From NCBI RefSeq assembly GCF_009914755.1, contig NC_060929.1: a stretch of 64,000 nucleotides of DNA; one strand, 5' to 3'. Within the stretch, counting starts at the first letter, position 1; each line of letters starts with the position of its first letter. A model generated the notes under the pieces. That model worked only from the letters and a program-made list of their open reading frames with translations. It was not told where the DNA came from and ran no database searches. This document shows positions 16,005-32,519 of this stretch, one piece after another. This stretch comes from the human T2T-CHM13v2.0 reference genome, Homo sapiens. The position numbers and the translations under genes were made by a program.

Positions 16005-17650
16005 CTATACAGATACATAAACTGCAGGTGGTGAAGCAGGGTGGCGGAGCTCTGAACTATTATCAACCTGGCACTAGCTTCTTGCCTCTTGAAGACTGCA
16101 TTGCAAGCTGAAGCAAATGAACTGAAGTGTCTCGGTACTACAGAATCAATAAGTCAGCAAGAAATGCCTAAAACCTTCATGATAGCATTATAAAGCCTAT
16201 TCATATGGCATGATTGAGAGAGAGTCAACATCATAGGCAACGCAGTGAATGTAATTCTTGCTTTAATGTGTAATCTTTTTCTCTTTTCTCAAGCTTTTCT
16301 GGATCCAAAGTAACTAACACTTTCTTTTCAAAAACAGCATCTTGACTGCCCACTAATAAAATAAAGACTATTAGAACAAGAGCAACTAGGGGCAGCTAAC
16401 TCCTTCAGATTCAATCTTAGTAAAGTATAGGAAACAGCTGCCCCTTGCCTAGATTTTGGCATTTAACCATTTATGCTGAGACCTGTGCAGAGGTCTGTGA
16501 GATACAACAGCTGCAAGATTGCCTGGCTGCACATAAGATGGGATACAAGAGAAATTAAAGAGCAGGTGTAAGTAAAATATGTGTATGAAATAAAAGCTGA
16601 ATAGTCATTAGATACAGAGTGGAGAGAGTAATCTGAAAGCTTTTACTTTGTAGTTTGATCACTTATTGTATTATTGATAATCTTATTAAAAATGTTTTTC
16701 CAATAAACTCAGTAACATGTATAAAAAATAAAATACATGTTAAATAAAAAACTAAGTACTTAATTTTCATTTTGCAGAAGGTTAATGAAGAAAATGTAAT
16801 ATGCACAAAACATTTTTGACATTTATTATCTACTGTGGGAGCAATAGCAATATCACTGACCAAATGCAAATCAGAAGATACAAATTTGCTGAAAAACTAT
16901 CAGCACTTATTTTAGACTTACTAGATCCTTAAGAAGGTTGTGCCTAAAGACAAAACAGTGATAAGACTTTTCATTGACATTACTAACTCTTGTTCTAAAT
17001 TAATTTGTCATTTTAATGCATTTCTTTTCATATTTAAGCATGATAGCTATTAACAATTGTCTCCATTAATTGAAGATAAATTTTACAGTTAGTCATTTTA
17101 TATTATGTCATCAGATTTTTCAAATAGAAAATTAAGTTATGTAAGGGCTTAAGATTTTTATTCGGATAGTAAATATTTTCTGGTAGGTAAATAGAACGAG
17201 AAAATCTGTATACATAATATATAAAGATATTCAGTATATATTTACTGAACAGAAAGAACTTTGTGTATAGCATGCCACATTTATGTAAAACAAAAAATAT
17301 CTATTTTTGCATTTATTGCTTTTAAAAAGCCCTCAAAATTTGAAGAAAGTGTTAAACAGTGGGAGAAAGTGGGAGAGATAAGACTTGGTAGGTGGGAATT
17401 AAGAAATATGCCTACAACTTTAGACATCATTTAGAATTTATCCTGGATACATTTTATTTACACATTTATTTATGTTGCTTTTTCTTGTGAAAGTGGTAAG
17501 AACCAAATATTATGGTTAGATGTTTAATGATTTATCTCTTTGTCTCCATAGTAAGTACCTTTAAAATATTACTAAGTGGCAATTTCATATTGGGGATCTA
17601 TTGAACTCCATTAGTCAAAGTTTTAGTTGTTTCATATATATCAAATTAAG

Positions 17651-18562
17651 CTTCTGCCTGGACATCCAGGATTTTCCATACATCCTCTCAAATCTAAATG
17701 GAGGCTCCCGAGACTCAACTCTTGCATTCTGTGAGCCCACAGGCTTAAAACCACATGGAAGCCACCAAGGTTTATAGCTTGCACCCTCTAGAGCAGTAGC
17801 CTGAGCTGTATCTGGGGCCTTTGAGCTGAAGCTGGAGCTGGAGCAGCTGGGATGCAGGGAGCAGTGTCCTGAGGCTGCACAGGGCATTGGGACACTGGGC
17901 CTGGCCCACAAAACCATTCTGTCCTCCTAGTCCTCTGGGCCTATGATGGAAGAGGCTGCTGTAAAGATCGCCAAAATTCCTTTGAGGCCTTTTCCCCATT
18001 GTCTTGACTATTACCAATTGGCTCCTCTTTCCTTATGTAAATTTCTGCAGCCTGCTTAAATTCCTCACCTTAAAATAGGTTTTGTTTTTTACCACATAGC
18101 CAGGCTGCATTTTTCCAAACTTCTATACTCTCCTTTCCCTTTAAATATAAGTTCCAATTTTAGGAGATTTCTTTGCTCATGCATATGAACATAGGTTGGT
18201 AGAACAAGCCAGTTTACATCTGAATGCTTTGCTGCTTAGAAATTTCTTCTACCGGATACCCTAAATAATCATTCTCCAGTTCAAAGTTCCACAGACTCCT
18301 AAGGCAGGGGTACAATGCACCCAGCCTCTTTGCTAAGGCATAACAAAAGTCACCTTTGTTCCAGCTACCAATAAGTTCCTTACCTCCATCAGAGACCTCC
18401 TCAGCCTGGACTTCACTGTCCATATCACTATCAGCATTTTAGTTGTAACCATTCAGGAAGTCCCTAGAAAGTTCCAACCTCTGACCATTACCCACTTCCA
18501 AAGTAGCTTTCACATTTTCAGATACCTTTATAGCAGTGCCCTACTCCTCAGTACCAATTTTC
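17651..18562 (-). mobile_element. MaLR (MST/THE1-type) internal sequence, truncated
   Basis: CTTCTGCCTGGACATCCAGG..., ORF 18214-18423 MDSEVQAEEVSDGGKELIGSWNKGD is MaLR-internal text; abuts the LTR via GTACCAATTTTC. Confidence 0.9.
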
Positions 18563-18975
18563 TGTATTAGTTCATTCTAGCACTGCTAAAAAGATAGAGC
18601 TGAGACTAGGTAATTTATAAAGAGAAAAGTTTAATTGGCTCACAGTTCTGCAGGCTGTCTAGGAAGCATAGTAGCTTCTGTTTCTGGGGAGGCCTCCAAA
18701 AACTTACAATCGTGGCAGAAGGCAAAAGGGAAGCAGGCATATCTTACATGGCTGGAGCAGGAGGAAAAGAGAGGGGAGAAGTGCTATGCACTTTTAAACA
18801 ACCAAATCTTAGAATAACTCACTATCATGAGAACAGCACCAAGGGGATGATGCTAAACCATTCATGAGAACTCTACCCATATGATTCAATCACATCCCAC
18901 CAGGACCCACTTCCAAAATTGAGGATTACATTTCAACATGAAATTTGGGTGGGGACACAGATTCAAGCCATGTCA
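18563..18975 (-). mobile_element. MSTA-like MaLR LTR (5' LTR of the truncated element)
   Basis: TGTATTAGTTCATTCT...AATTGGCTCACAGTTCTGCAGGCTGT...TTTGGGTGGGGACACAGATTCAAGCCATGTCA. Confidence 0.9.
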
Positions 18976-19192
18976 ACATCAGTGGCCATATAGGTTATTT
19001 CCGTATCTTGACTATGGTGAAAAGTACTGCAATGAAAATGGGAGTGTAAATATCTCCTCAAGATCTTGGTTTTAATTTTTTAAATAACAACCTAGAAACA
19101 GCTTTGTTGGATCATATGGTAGGTTATTCCACTTTTAATTTTTTGGTGAATCTTCATACTGTTTTCCATTCCCAACACAGGGTAAAAGGGTT
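18976..19192 (-). mobile_element. Old L1M fragment (ORF2 end / 3'UTR)
   Basis: TAGGTTATTTCCGTATCTTGACTAT...GCAATGAAAATGGGAGTG...TGGATCATATGGTAG...CTTCATACTGTTTTCCAT. Confidence 0.75.
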
Positions 19193-19199
19193 GCGATAA

Positions 19200-19689
<490 letters not shown>

Positions 19690-19817
19690 TGCTTTTTTTT
19701 TCTCTCCCTTCTTTTCTTCCCTCTTTTCTTTCTTCCTTCTTTAATTTTACTGATTATTAATTCTTAATGTATATAGCAAATACATGGAAACTTAAACACT
19801 TGCATTATTCTGTACAT

Positions 19818-20241
19818 TATTAAAAGTAAAGCTTTACATGCAATATATTTGACAGTTTATTTGAACAAAGAATAATTAATGAATTGGGCAGCACTCAGAA
19901 CCTGAAGAAGTTCAGAAGGCTCTGCCCATAAGTGTGAGCGGTAAGTATTTATAGTTCACACATGGAAGCAAAATAGAGAAATCACCCAATGGACTAGGTA
20001 TCTACCTTATGTGGGCATGGTGTGACAAGGCATTTGCCTTATTTAGGTATGATCTTATCAGTTGGATGCCTGTGATTGGCTAAAACTCAGCCAAGTATGA
20101 TTGGGTGAAACCTGGCTATTTGTTACAAAGACTATACTGCTAGTTAGGTTTTGCTTTGTTTATTACCAGGTTCAGTTGTAGTTTGTTACACAGGAACTCA
20201 GAGACAGCCTCAGGCTAGTGACTTCCAGTTTAAATTTAACA
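19818..20241 (-). mobile_element. MER4-group ERV1 solo LTR (MER57/MER93-like; name uncertain)
   Basis: minus-strand start TGTTAAATTTAAACTGG...CCTGAGGCTGTCTCTGAGTTCCT; CCAAT boxes; TTTATTTGAACAAAGAA...ATGAATTGGGCAGC 3' part. Confidence 0.65.
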
Positions 20242-20749
20242 AAATTCTAAAGTGCTTAATAATTATTAGCAGGAGGATCTCCAAATTCCACATGTAGGTC
20301 AGAACAGATTAATTTGTAAGTCTCTCCACTGACAGGTTGACTTCTCTACCTAGAGCACTATTTCATCTTCACCTAACTTACTTTCCCCACAGATTTAAGC
20401 TTATAACCAGAAAAAGAAAAGAAGGAAGGAAAGAATGGAGAGGGAAAAGTTAACAAAACAAGAGTGAGAGAAAAGAGCAAAGTGTAGTCTTTGGCTTACA
20501 CCAGGGTTTGAAGTTCAGATTCATCACTTTCCCTACAGATTTAAGCTTGGACCTCATTTCAAGAAGTCCTCCTGGATAACATAGGGAAGTATATATAATC
20601 TCACAGCGGTATACCCCTATATTTATAACATTTCTTACTCTACATTAAAATTGCCTATGCATTAAATTAAACATACCAATATAAAACTGGTTTTTAGTTG
20701 TAAGTGCAACTTTTCCATATGATTCAATATTGTTTGTTTCTTACTGTAG

Positions 20750-20870
20750 GTAATAAACCCTCAAAGGCAAAGATTGTTTCTTGATTACTAATAAATTCTC
20801 AGGATTTAGCACAGTGCCTGGAATACAATAGACATTCAACATATTTTTATGTAAATGAACAAATGAAATA
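20750..20870 (+). mobile_element. L2 3' end
   Basis: TTAGCACAGTGCCTGGAATACAATAGACATTCAACATATTT...ATGAACAAATGAA. Confidence 0.7.
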
Positions 20871-21444
20871 GATGGGCAAATGAATGAGCAACAGATAATT
20901 TCTTACACATTATGAAAAAAGTGAAGTCTAATTAATCTACTGAAAACTATCCCATTAGTTTGTCCTCTACTTATCCAAAGCTATAACTTCATTTAAGATA
21001 GAAACTATATAGAGGTTTCAAAACAAAACATTTTCATATGCAATTTTTATATACTATTAAGAAATAAAAATAAGGCCTAGATGCATATGAAATCAATGGG
21101 AGGATTTACTGTTGTTTTTCTGTTTGGTTTCTTTTTATTTGGTTATTTGTAATACAAACACATATGACTTATTTTAACATAAATAGATGACTTCTTAAAT
21201 TTACTCGTTATAAAGTAAAATTCTTTTTAAGATTTTTTTTATTATACTTTAAGTTCTGGAATACATATGCAAAATGTGCAGGTTTGTTACATAGGTATAC
21301 ATGTGCCATGCTGGTTTGCTGCACCCATTGACTTGTCATTTATATTAGGTGTTTCTCCTAATGTTATCCCTCCACCAGCCCCCCACCCCCCAACAGGCCC
21401 CAGTGTGTGATGTTCCCTTCCCTGTGTCCATGTGTTCTCATTGT

Positions 21445-25261
<3,817 letters not shown>

Positions 25262-25323
25262 TATGATGTTATCTGGTTATTTTGCCTGTTAATTGATGCA
25301 GTTTTTCATAGTGTCAATGGTCT

Positions 25324-26356
25324 TTACAATTTGGCATGTTTTTGCAGTGGCTGGTACTGGTTGTTTCTTTCCATGTTTAGTGCTTCCTTCAGGAGTTCTT
25401 GTAATGCTGGCCTGGTGGTGACAAAATTTCTCAGCATTTGGTTGTCTGTTAAGGATTTTATTTCTCCTTCATTTATGAAGCTTGGTTTGGCTGGATATGA
25501 AATTCTGGGTTGAAAATTATTTTCTTTAAGAATGTTGAATATTGGCCCCCACTCTCTTCTTGCTTGTAGGGTTTCTGCTGAGAGATCAGCTGTTAGACTC
25601 ATGGGGTTCCCTTTATGGGTAACCCAACCTTTCTCTCTGGTTGCCCTTAACATTTTTTCCTTCATTTCAACCTTGCTGAATCTGACAGTTATGTGTCTTG
25701 GGGTTCCTCTTCTTGAGGAATATCTTTGTGGTGGGTGGTCTCTGTATTTCCTGAGTTTGAATGTTGTCCTGCCTTACTAGGTTGGAGAAGTTCTCCTGGA
25801 TAATATCCTGCAGAGTGTTTGCCAATTTGATTCCTTTCTCCCCATCACTTTCAGGTACACCAATCAAACATAGATTTGGTCTTTTCACAAAGTCCCATAT
25901 TTCTTGGAGGCTTCGTTCATTTCTTTTCACTCTTTTTTCTCTAATCTTGTCTTCTCACTTTATTTCATTAAGTTAATCTTCAATCACTGATATCCTTTCT
26001 TCAACTTGACTGGTTCCGCTATTGAAGCTTGTGTATGCTTCATGAAGTTCTCATGCTGCACTTTTCAGATCCATCAGGTCATTTATGTTCTTGTCTACAC
26101 TGGTTATTCTAGTTAGCAATTTGTCTAACCTTTTTTCAAGATTCTTAGCTGTCTTGCATTGTGTTAGAACATGCTCCTTTAGCTCAGAGGACTTTGTTAT
26201 TACCCAACTTCTGAAGCCTACTTCTGTGAATTCATCAAACTCATTCTCCATCCAGTTTTGTTCCATTGCTTGCAAGGAGTTGTGATCCTTTGGAGGAGGA
26301 GAAGAGGTGTTATGATTTTTTAAATTTTCAGCCTTTCTGCGCTTGTTTCTCCCCAT
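25324..26356 (-). pseudogene. Disrupted L1 ORF1p
   Basis: MGRNKRRKAEN..., SLQEIWDFVKRPNL, LTADLSAETLQARREWGPIF, RISYPAK, RPALQELLKEAL in three separate ORFs. Confidence 0.95.
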
Positions 26357-27051
26357 CTCTGTGGTTTTATCTACCTTTGGTCTTTTATGTTGGTGACCTG
26401 CAGATGGGGTTTTGGAGTGGACCTCCTTTTTGTCGATGTTGATGCTATTCTTTTCCGTTTGTTAGTTTTTCTTCTAACAGTCTGGTCCCTCAGCTGCAGG
26501 TCTGTTGGAGTTTGCTGGAGGTCCACTCCAGACCATGTTTGCCTGGGTACCACCAGTGGAGGCTGCAGAACAGCAAATATTGCTGCCTGATCTTTCCTCT
26601 GGAAGCTTCATCCCAGAGGGGCACCTGCTAGATGCCAGCCAGAGCTCTCCTGTATGAGGTGTCTATAGGCCCCTACTGGGAGATGTCTCCCAGTCAGGCT
26701 ACACAGGGGTCAGGGACCCACTTGAGGAGGCAGTCTGTCCATAATCAGAGCTCAAAAGCTGTGCTGGGAGAACCACTTTTCTCTTCAGAGCTGTCAGGCA
26801 GGGACATTTAAGTCTTCTGAAGCTGTGCCCATGGCTGCCGCTTCCCCCAGGTGCTCTGTCCCAAGGAGATGGGGGATTTATCAATAAGTCCCTGACTGGG
26901 GCTTCTGCCTTTTGTTCAGAGATGCCCTGCCCACAGAGGAATCTAGAAAGGCAGTTGGCCTTGCTGAGCTGTGGTGCGCTCCTCCCAGTTCGAACTTCCT
27001 GGCAGCTTTGTTTACACTGTGAGCATAAAACCACCTACTCAAGCCTCAGCA

Positions 27052-27219
27052 ATGGCAGACACCCCTCCTACCACCAAGCTCCAGCGTCCCAGGTCGCTCT
27101 CAGACTGCTGCGCTAGCAGCGAGAATTTCAAGCCATTGGATCGTAGCTTGCTGGACTCTGTGGGCCTGGGACCCACTGAGCCAGGCACCGGAGGGAATCT
27201 CCTGGTCTGCCAGTTGTGA
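27052..27219 (+). other. ORF0-like antisense ORF in the L1 5'UTR (55 aa)
   Basis: GCAATGG Kozak; MADTPPTTKLQRPRSLSDCCASS...DSVGLGPTEPG resembles L1HS ORF0 (MAGAPPP...SDCCAS...DSVGVGPSEPG). Confidence 0.6.
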
Positions 27220-27798
27220 AGACCATGGGAAAAGCATAATATCTGGGCAGAAGTGTACTGTTCCTCCTAGTACAGTCTCTCATGGCTTCCCTTGGCTAGG
27301 AAAGGGAAATCCCCCAACCCCTTACACTTCCCGAGTGAGGCGCTCCCCACCCTGCTTTGGCTTGCCCTCAGTGGGCTGCACCCCCTGTTCAACCAGTCCC
27401 AATGAGATGAACCAGGTACCTCAGTTGGAAATGCAGAAATCACCGGTCTTCTGCATCAATCTCACTGGGAGCTGCAGCCTGGAGTTGTTCCTATTTGGCC
27501 ATCTTGCAAAGATTTTTATAATTGAAGCTGATTTGCTAAGAATAATAAGAATTTACACAACATTAGATGATTTGTATATGCCACTTGAAACTAGTTTATT
27601 CCATCTACTGATTGCCACACAAAATATAGTTGATAAAACTACATACTGATTAAACTATATCTTAAACAGGATTTTATAAAATGACTTGAGCTGATATTCT
27701 TAAATTCAGTGGATGTATCATCTGTTATACTATTTATACTCTTTCCTAGGTACTGTCAGCATGTAAAATACATAGCTTTCTGGCGTTGCCTAAACTCT

Positions 27799-28005
27799 CA
27801 GTAGTGCCTTTTACTAGAACTTTCTGCAGTGAGGGAAATGTTTTCTATATGCACATGCTCCAGTAAAATAAGTGTTAGCCACAGGTGGTACTAGAACTTA
27901 AAAGGTGATTACTATGAAAGAAAAAAATACATTTTTATTTTATTTTATTTTAATCAGTTTAAACTTAAATAGCCACATATAGTTAGTGGCTACTGTATTG
28001 AACAG
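27799..28005 (+). mobile_element. MER3-like hAT-Charlie MITE
   Basis: TAGAACTTTCTGCAGTGAGGGAAATGTT...AAATAGCCACATATAGTTAGTGGCTACTGTATTGAACAG. Confidence 0.8.
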
Positions 28006-28039
28006 TTAAAGAATTTCCTTTAAATATATATATATATAT

Positions 28040-29150
28040 ATATTTGATTATTTGCTGTTCAGTTTGTTTAAGTTCCTTATATATTCTGATTATAAATCCC
28101 TTGTCAAATAGTCAAATAGTATGCAAATACTTTCTCCCATTCTATATGTTGTCTTTTGACTTTGTTGATTGTTTATTTTGATGTGCAGAAGCTTTTTGGC
28201 TTGACGTAATCCTACTTGTGTATTTTTGCTTTTGTTGCCTGTGTTTTTGGGGACTTATCTAAAAAATTCTTGCCCAAACCAATGTCCTGAAACATTTCTC
28301 CAATATTTTTTTCTAGTGGTTTCAGTGGTCAGGTTTTACATTTCAGTTATTAATCCAGTTTGATTTGATGTTTGTATATGGTGAGTGATAGGGGTCTAGC
28401 TTGATTTTCCCATATATGATTATCCAGTTTTCCCAACACCAATTATTAAAGAAACTACCCTTTCCCCAGTATATATTCTTGGTGCCTTTGTCAAAAATGT
28501 GTTGCCTAAATGCCTGGATTTATTTCTGGGTTCTCTATTCTGTTCCATTGGTTTATGTGTCTGCTTTTAAGCCAATGGCATGCTGTTTTGGTTTCTGTAG
28601 CTTTGTAGCATAATATGAAGTCAGGTAGTGAGATCCCTCCAGCTTTGTTCCTTTTGCTCAGGATTGCTTTAGATCTTTGGGCTCTTCTGTGGTTCCATAC
28701 ATATTTTAGACTTGTTTTTTCTATTCCTGTGAAGAATAGCATTGGTATTTTGGTAGGGATTTCATTGAATCTGTAGATTGCTTTGGAGAGTATAGACATT
28801 TTAACAATATAAATTCTTCCAATCTATGAGCATGTGTTGCTGTTGGTTTTCTTTTCTTTTTTTTTTTTTGGTCTCCTCCTCAATTTCTTTCATAAGCATT
28901 TTATGCTTTTCCTTATAGAGATCTTTCACTTCTGTGGTTAAATTTATTTCTAGGTATTTTATTTTAGTAGCTATTGAAAGTGGAATTGCTTGATTTTTTT
29001 TGTCTAATTGTTTGCTGTTGGCATATATAAATGTTACTGATTTTTTATGTTGACTTTGTATCCTACAACTTCACTGAATTCATTTATTGGTGCTAACAGT
29101 TTTTTGGTCCAATCTTTAGGTTTTTCTAACTATAAGATGATGTCATCTAT
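28040..29150 (-). mobile_element. Inverted 5' segment of an L1MA element (ORF2)
   Basis: ORF 28506-28799 ([15 protein letters not shown]...[11 protein letters not shown]) on the minus strand; orientation switches at about 29150. Confidence 0.88.
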
Positions 29151-30497
<1,347 letters not shown>

Positions 30498-30679
30498 TTA
30501 AGGACAGGGCTGTCTAAAGACACATTTGATACTATGTTAATTATACAAAAATAAAGATATTGTACAGTGTTCAGTTTTTTAAAAATTGCTGCGGTGTAGT
30601 TCTAGCCTACTTTCTCTTCCTCTTGTTTCTTGCATCTAACTCTTTTTGTTTTTGTTGTTCTCACTGAATAAATGCTTTG

Positions 30680-31200
30680 CTATGAAGTTCTGTGGGTGTA
30701 AACTCTCTTTGTCTTGGAAAAAAAAATCCTCATTTTTTCAAACTCGTGAATAGTCATTGGGTTGATATAAAATTCTATGCTGACAGTTATTTTTCCTCAG
30801 CATTTTGAAGCTATTGTTCCATTACGTCCTGGCATCTATTTTTGCTAATAAAGAGTTAGCTAGAATTTATTTGAGTTATGTTTTTTTCTCTCTTTCAAGC
30901 AGTATTTTCTTTATTCTTGATAGTCTATAGCTTCACTATTATGGGTCTTGGTGTGGATTTAATGGTATTCTGCTTGGTACTTTGAAGTATATTTTCAATT
31001 TAAGGACTCGTAGCTTTCTTCAGTTCTGGAGAATATTCTGCTCTTGTGTGTGCAAATGCAGCATCTCCACTATTTTCTCTGTTTTCCTCTGAAATTTCAG
31101 AGGTGTCTCAGTCTATCTTCCATATGTCTTCCCCTCTTATCTCTTTATCTCACTAGCAAATTGGTGAATTGGATAAGAATTCTGGTGAAATCCTCACCCA
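30680..31200 (-). mobile_element. Ancient L1M/HAL1 ORF1-region remnant
   Basis: GATATAAAATTCTATGCTGACAGTTATTTTTCCTCAGCATTTTGAAG...TTCTTCAGTTCTGGAGAAT. Confidence 0.6.
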
Positions 31201-31221
31201 ATTCACTAGTTTCCTCTTAGA

Positions 31222-31507
31222 TTGTGCTAATTGAGCAATGTCCTGTGTTATTTTAATGCCATCAAAATCAAATCAAGGATTTGCACAAGAGTGTTTTTCT
31301 TTGGAATTTTGGATTGAAGACTCATTAAATGTTAAATGGGAAGTTCTTTTTTTTTTCCTTACTCTTCAACACTGTTAAATACAGGATATCGCTCAATTAG
31401 CACAAGAGTATTTTTCTTTGGAATTTTGGATTGCAGACTCATTTGAATTGGAAGTTCTGGGGTTTTTTTATTTTTATTTTTATTTTCCCCTTACTCTTCA
31501 AACCTGT
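31222..31507. repeat. Complex local rearrangement: direct repeat 31283-31375 / 31400-31507 with an inverted copy of 31222-31246 at 31381-31405
   Basis: GCACAAGAGT.TTTTTCTTTGGAATTTTGGATTG.AGACTCATT...CCTTACTCTTCAA twice; TTGTGCTAATTGAGCAATGTCCTGT vs ACAGGATATCGCTCAATTAGCACAA (23/25). Confidence 0.9.
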
Positions 31508-32123
31508 GATCGACTCCACTCAGGCCCTTGAGGACACTAATCTTTACTCAGTCTTATATTGAGAGATGGGACTTCTTCCTGAGTTATACATTAGATGTCA
31601 GAAATCCTGTCCCCCTATCTGCAGGCAATTTAGTTTGCTTCCTGATCAACAGACTGTGTCTGTATTCTGTCACCTTTCTAAGTTGGAATGTTAACCAAGC
31701 TGTAGACTTGGGAGATTGTCTGCAGCATATTTGTTCATACTCCTTTTGTAAGCAGGGTAACTCATCCCATTAGTGAGAAAGGTCTAGTACCTCATCGTGT
31801 GGAACATGTTTAATCTCTGACTCTATAAGGGCCAAACTCCCAGTGATCTCTACCTGCTTCAGCACCTGAAGTCCATCAAAACAATAACTCCAGCCCTGAT
31901 CATGGCTGTGTATTTCTGTCCAATTTCTGGATCACAGAGACATTATTCTCATTTTTTGGTGTTTTCTCTGATATTGTTGTGTTTAGAACAGAAGGGGTAC
32001 CTCCAAGTGCAGACTTATAATGTCATTTTAAAAAGACATCTGCCTTGGCTTTTCTGCCACGTGTTGATCCCCTGAAGGTATGGACTTATCTTAGCATCTT
32101 TATATATTTAAAATCTAAAACAG

Positions 32124-32519
32124 TATATGTCTTTGTGCTTCTAAAACAGAAATCTGAGACTGGATAATATATAGTAAACAAATTTATTGACTCATAATTT
32201 TGGAGGTTGAAGTCTATCGTCAGAGCATCAGCAGGTTTGGTGTCTGGTGATGCCATTCCCCACCTTCAACCCTATGTTTGATTCTTCCACATCCATGGTG
32301 TGTCCTCTGAAGGGGAGGAAGGCTGGATCCTCACAGGGCAGAAAAGCCAAGATATAAAAGGGGGCCAAACTCATCCTTTTTAATGGCCTTAATCCCACCA
32401 GTGAAGATGAAGCCCTTATGGTCCTATCATCTCTTAATGGTCTCAGCTCCTAACACTGCCACAACAGCAACCCAATTTCAATATGAGTTTTGCAGGGGAC
32501 AAACATTCAAACTGTAACA
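32124..32519 (-). mobile_element. MaLR solo LTR (MSTC/MSTD-like)
   Basis: AAATTTATTGACTCATAATTTTGGAGG...GGTTTGGTGTCTGGTGA...GAGTTTTGCAGGGGACAAACATTCAAAC. Confidence 0.8.
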
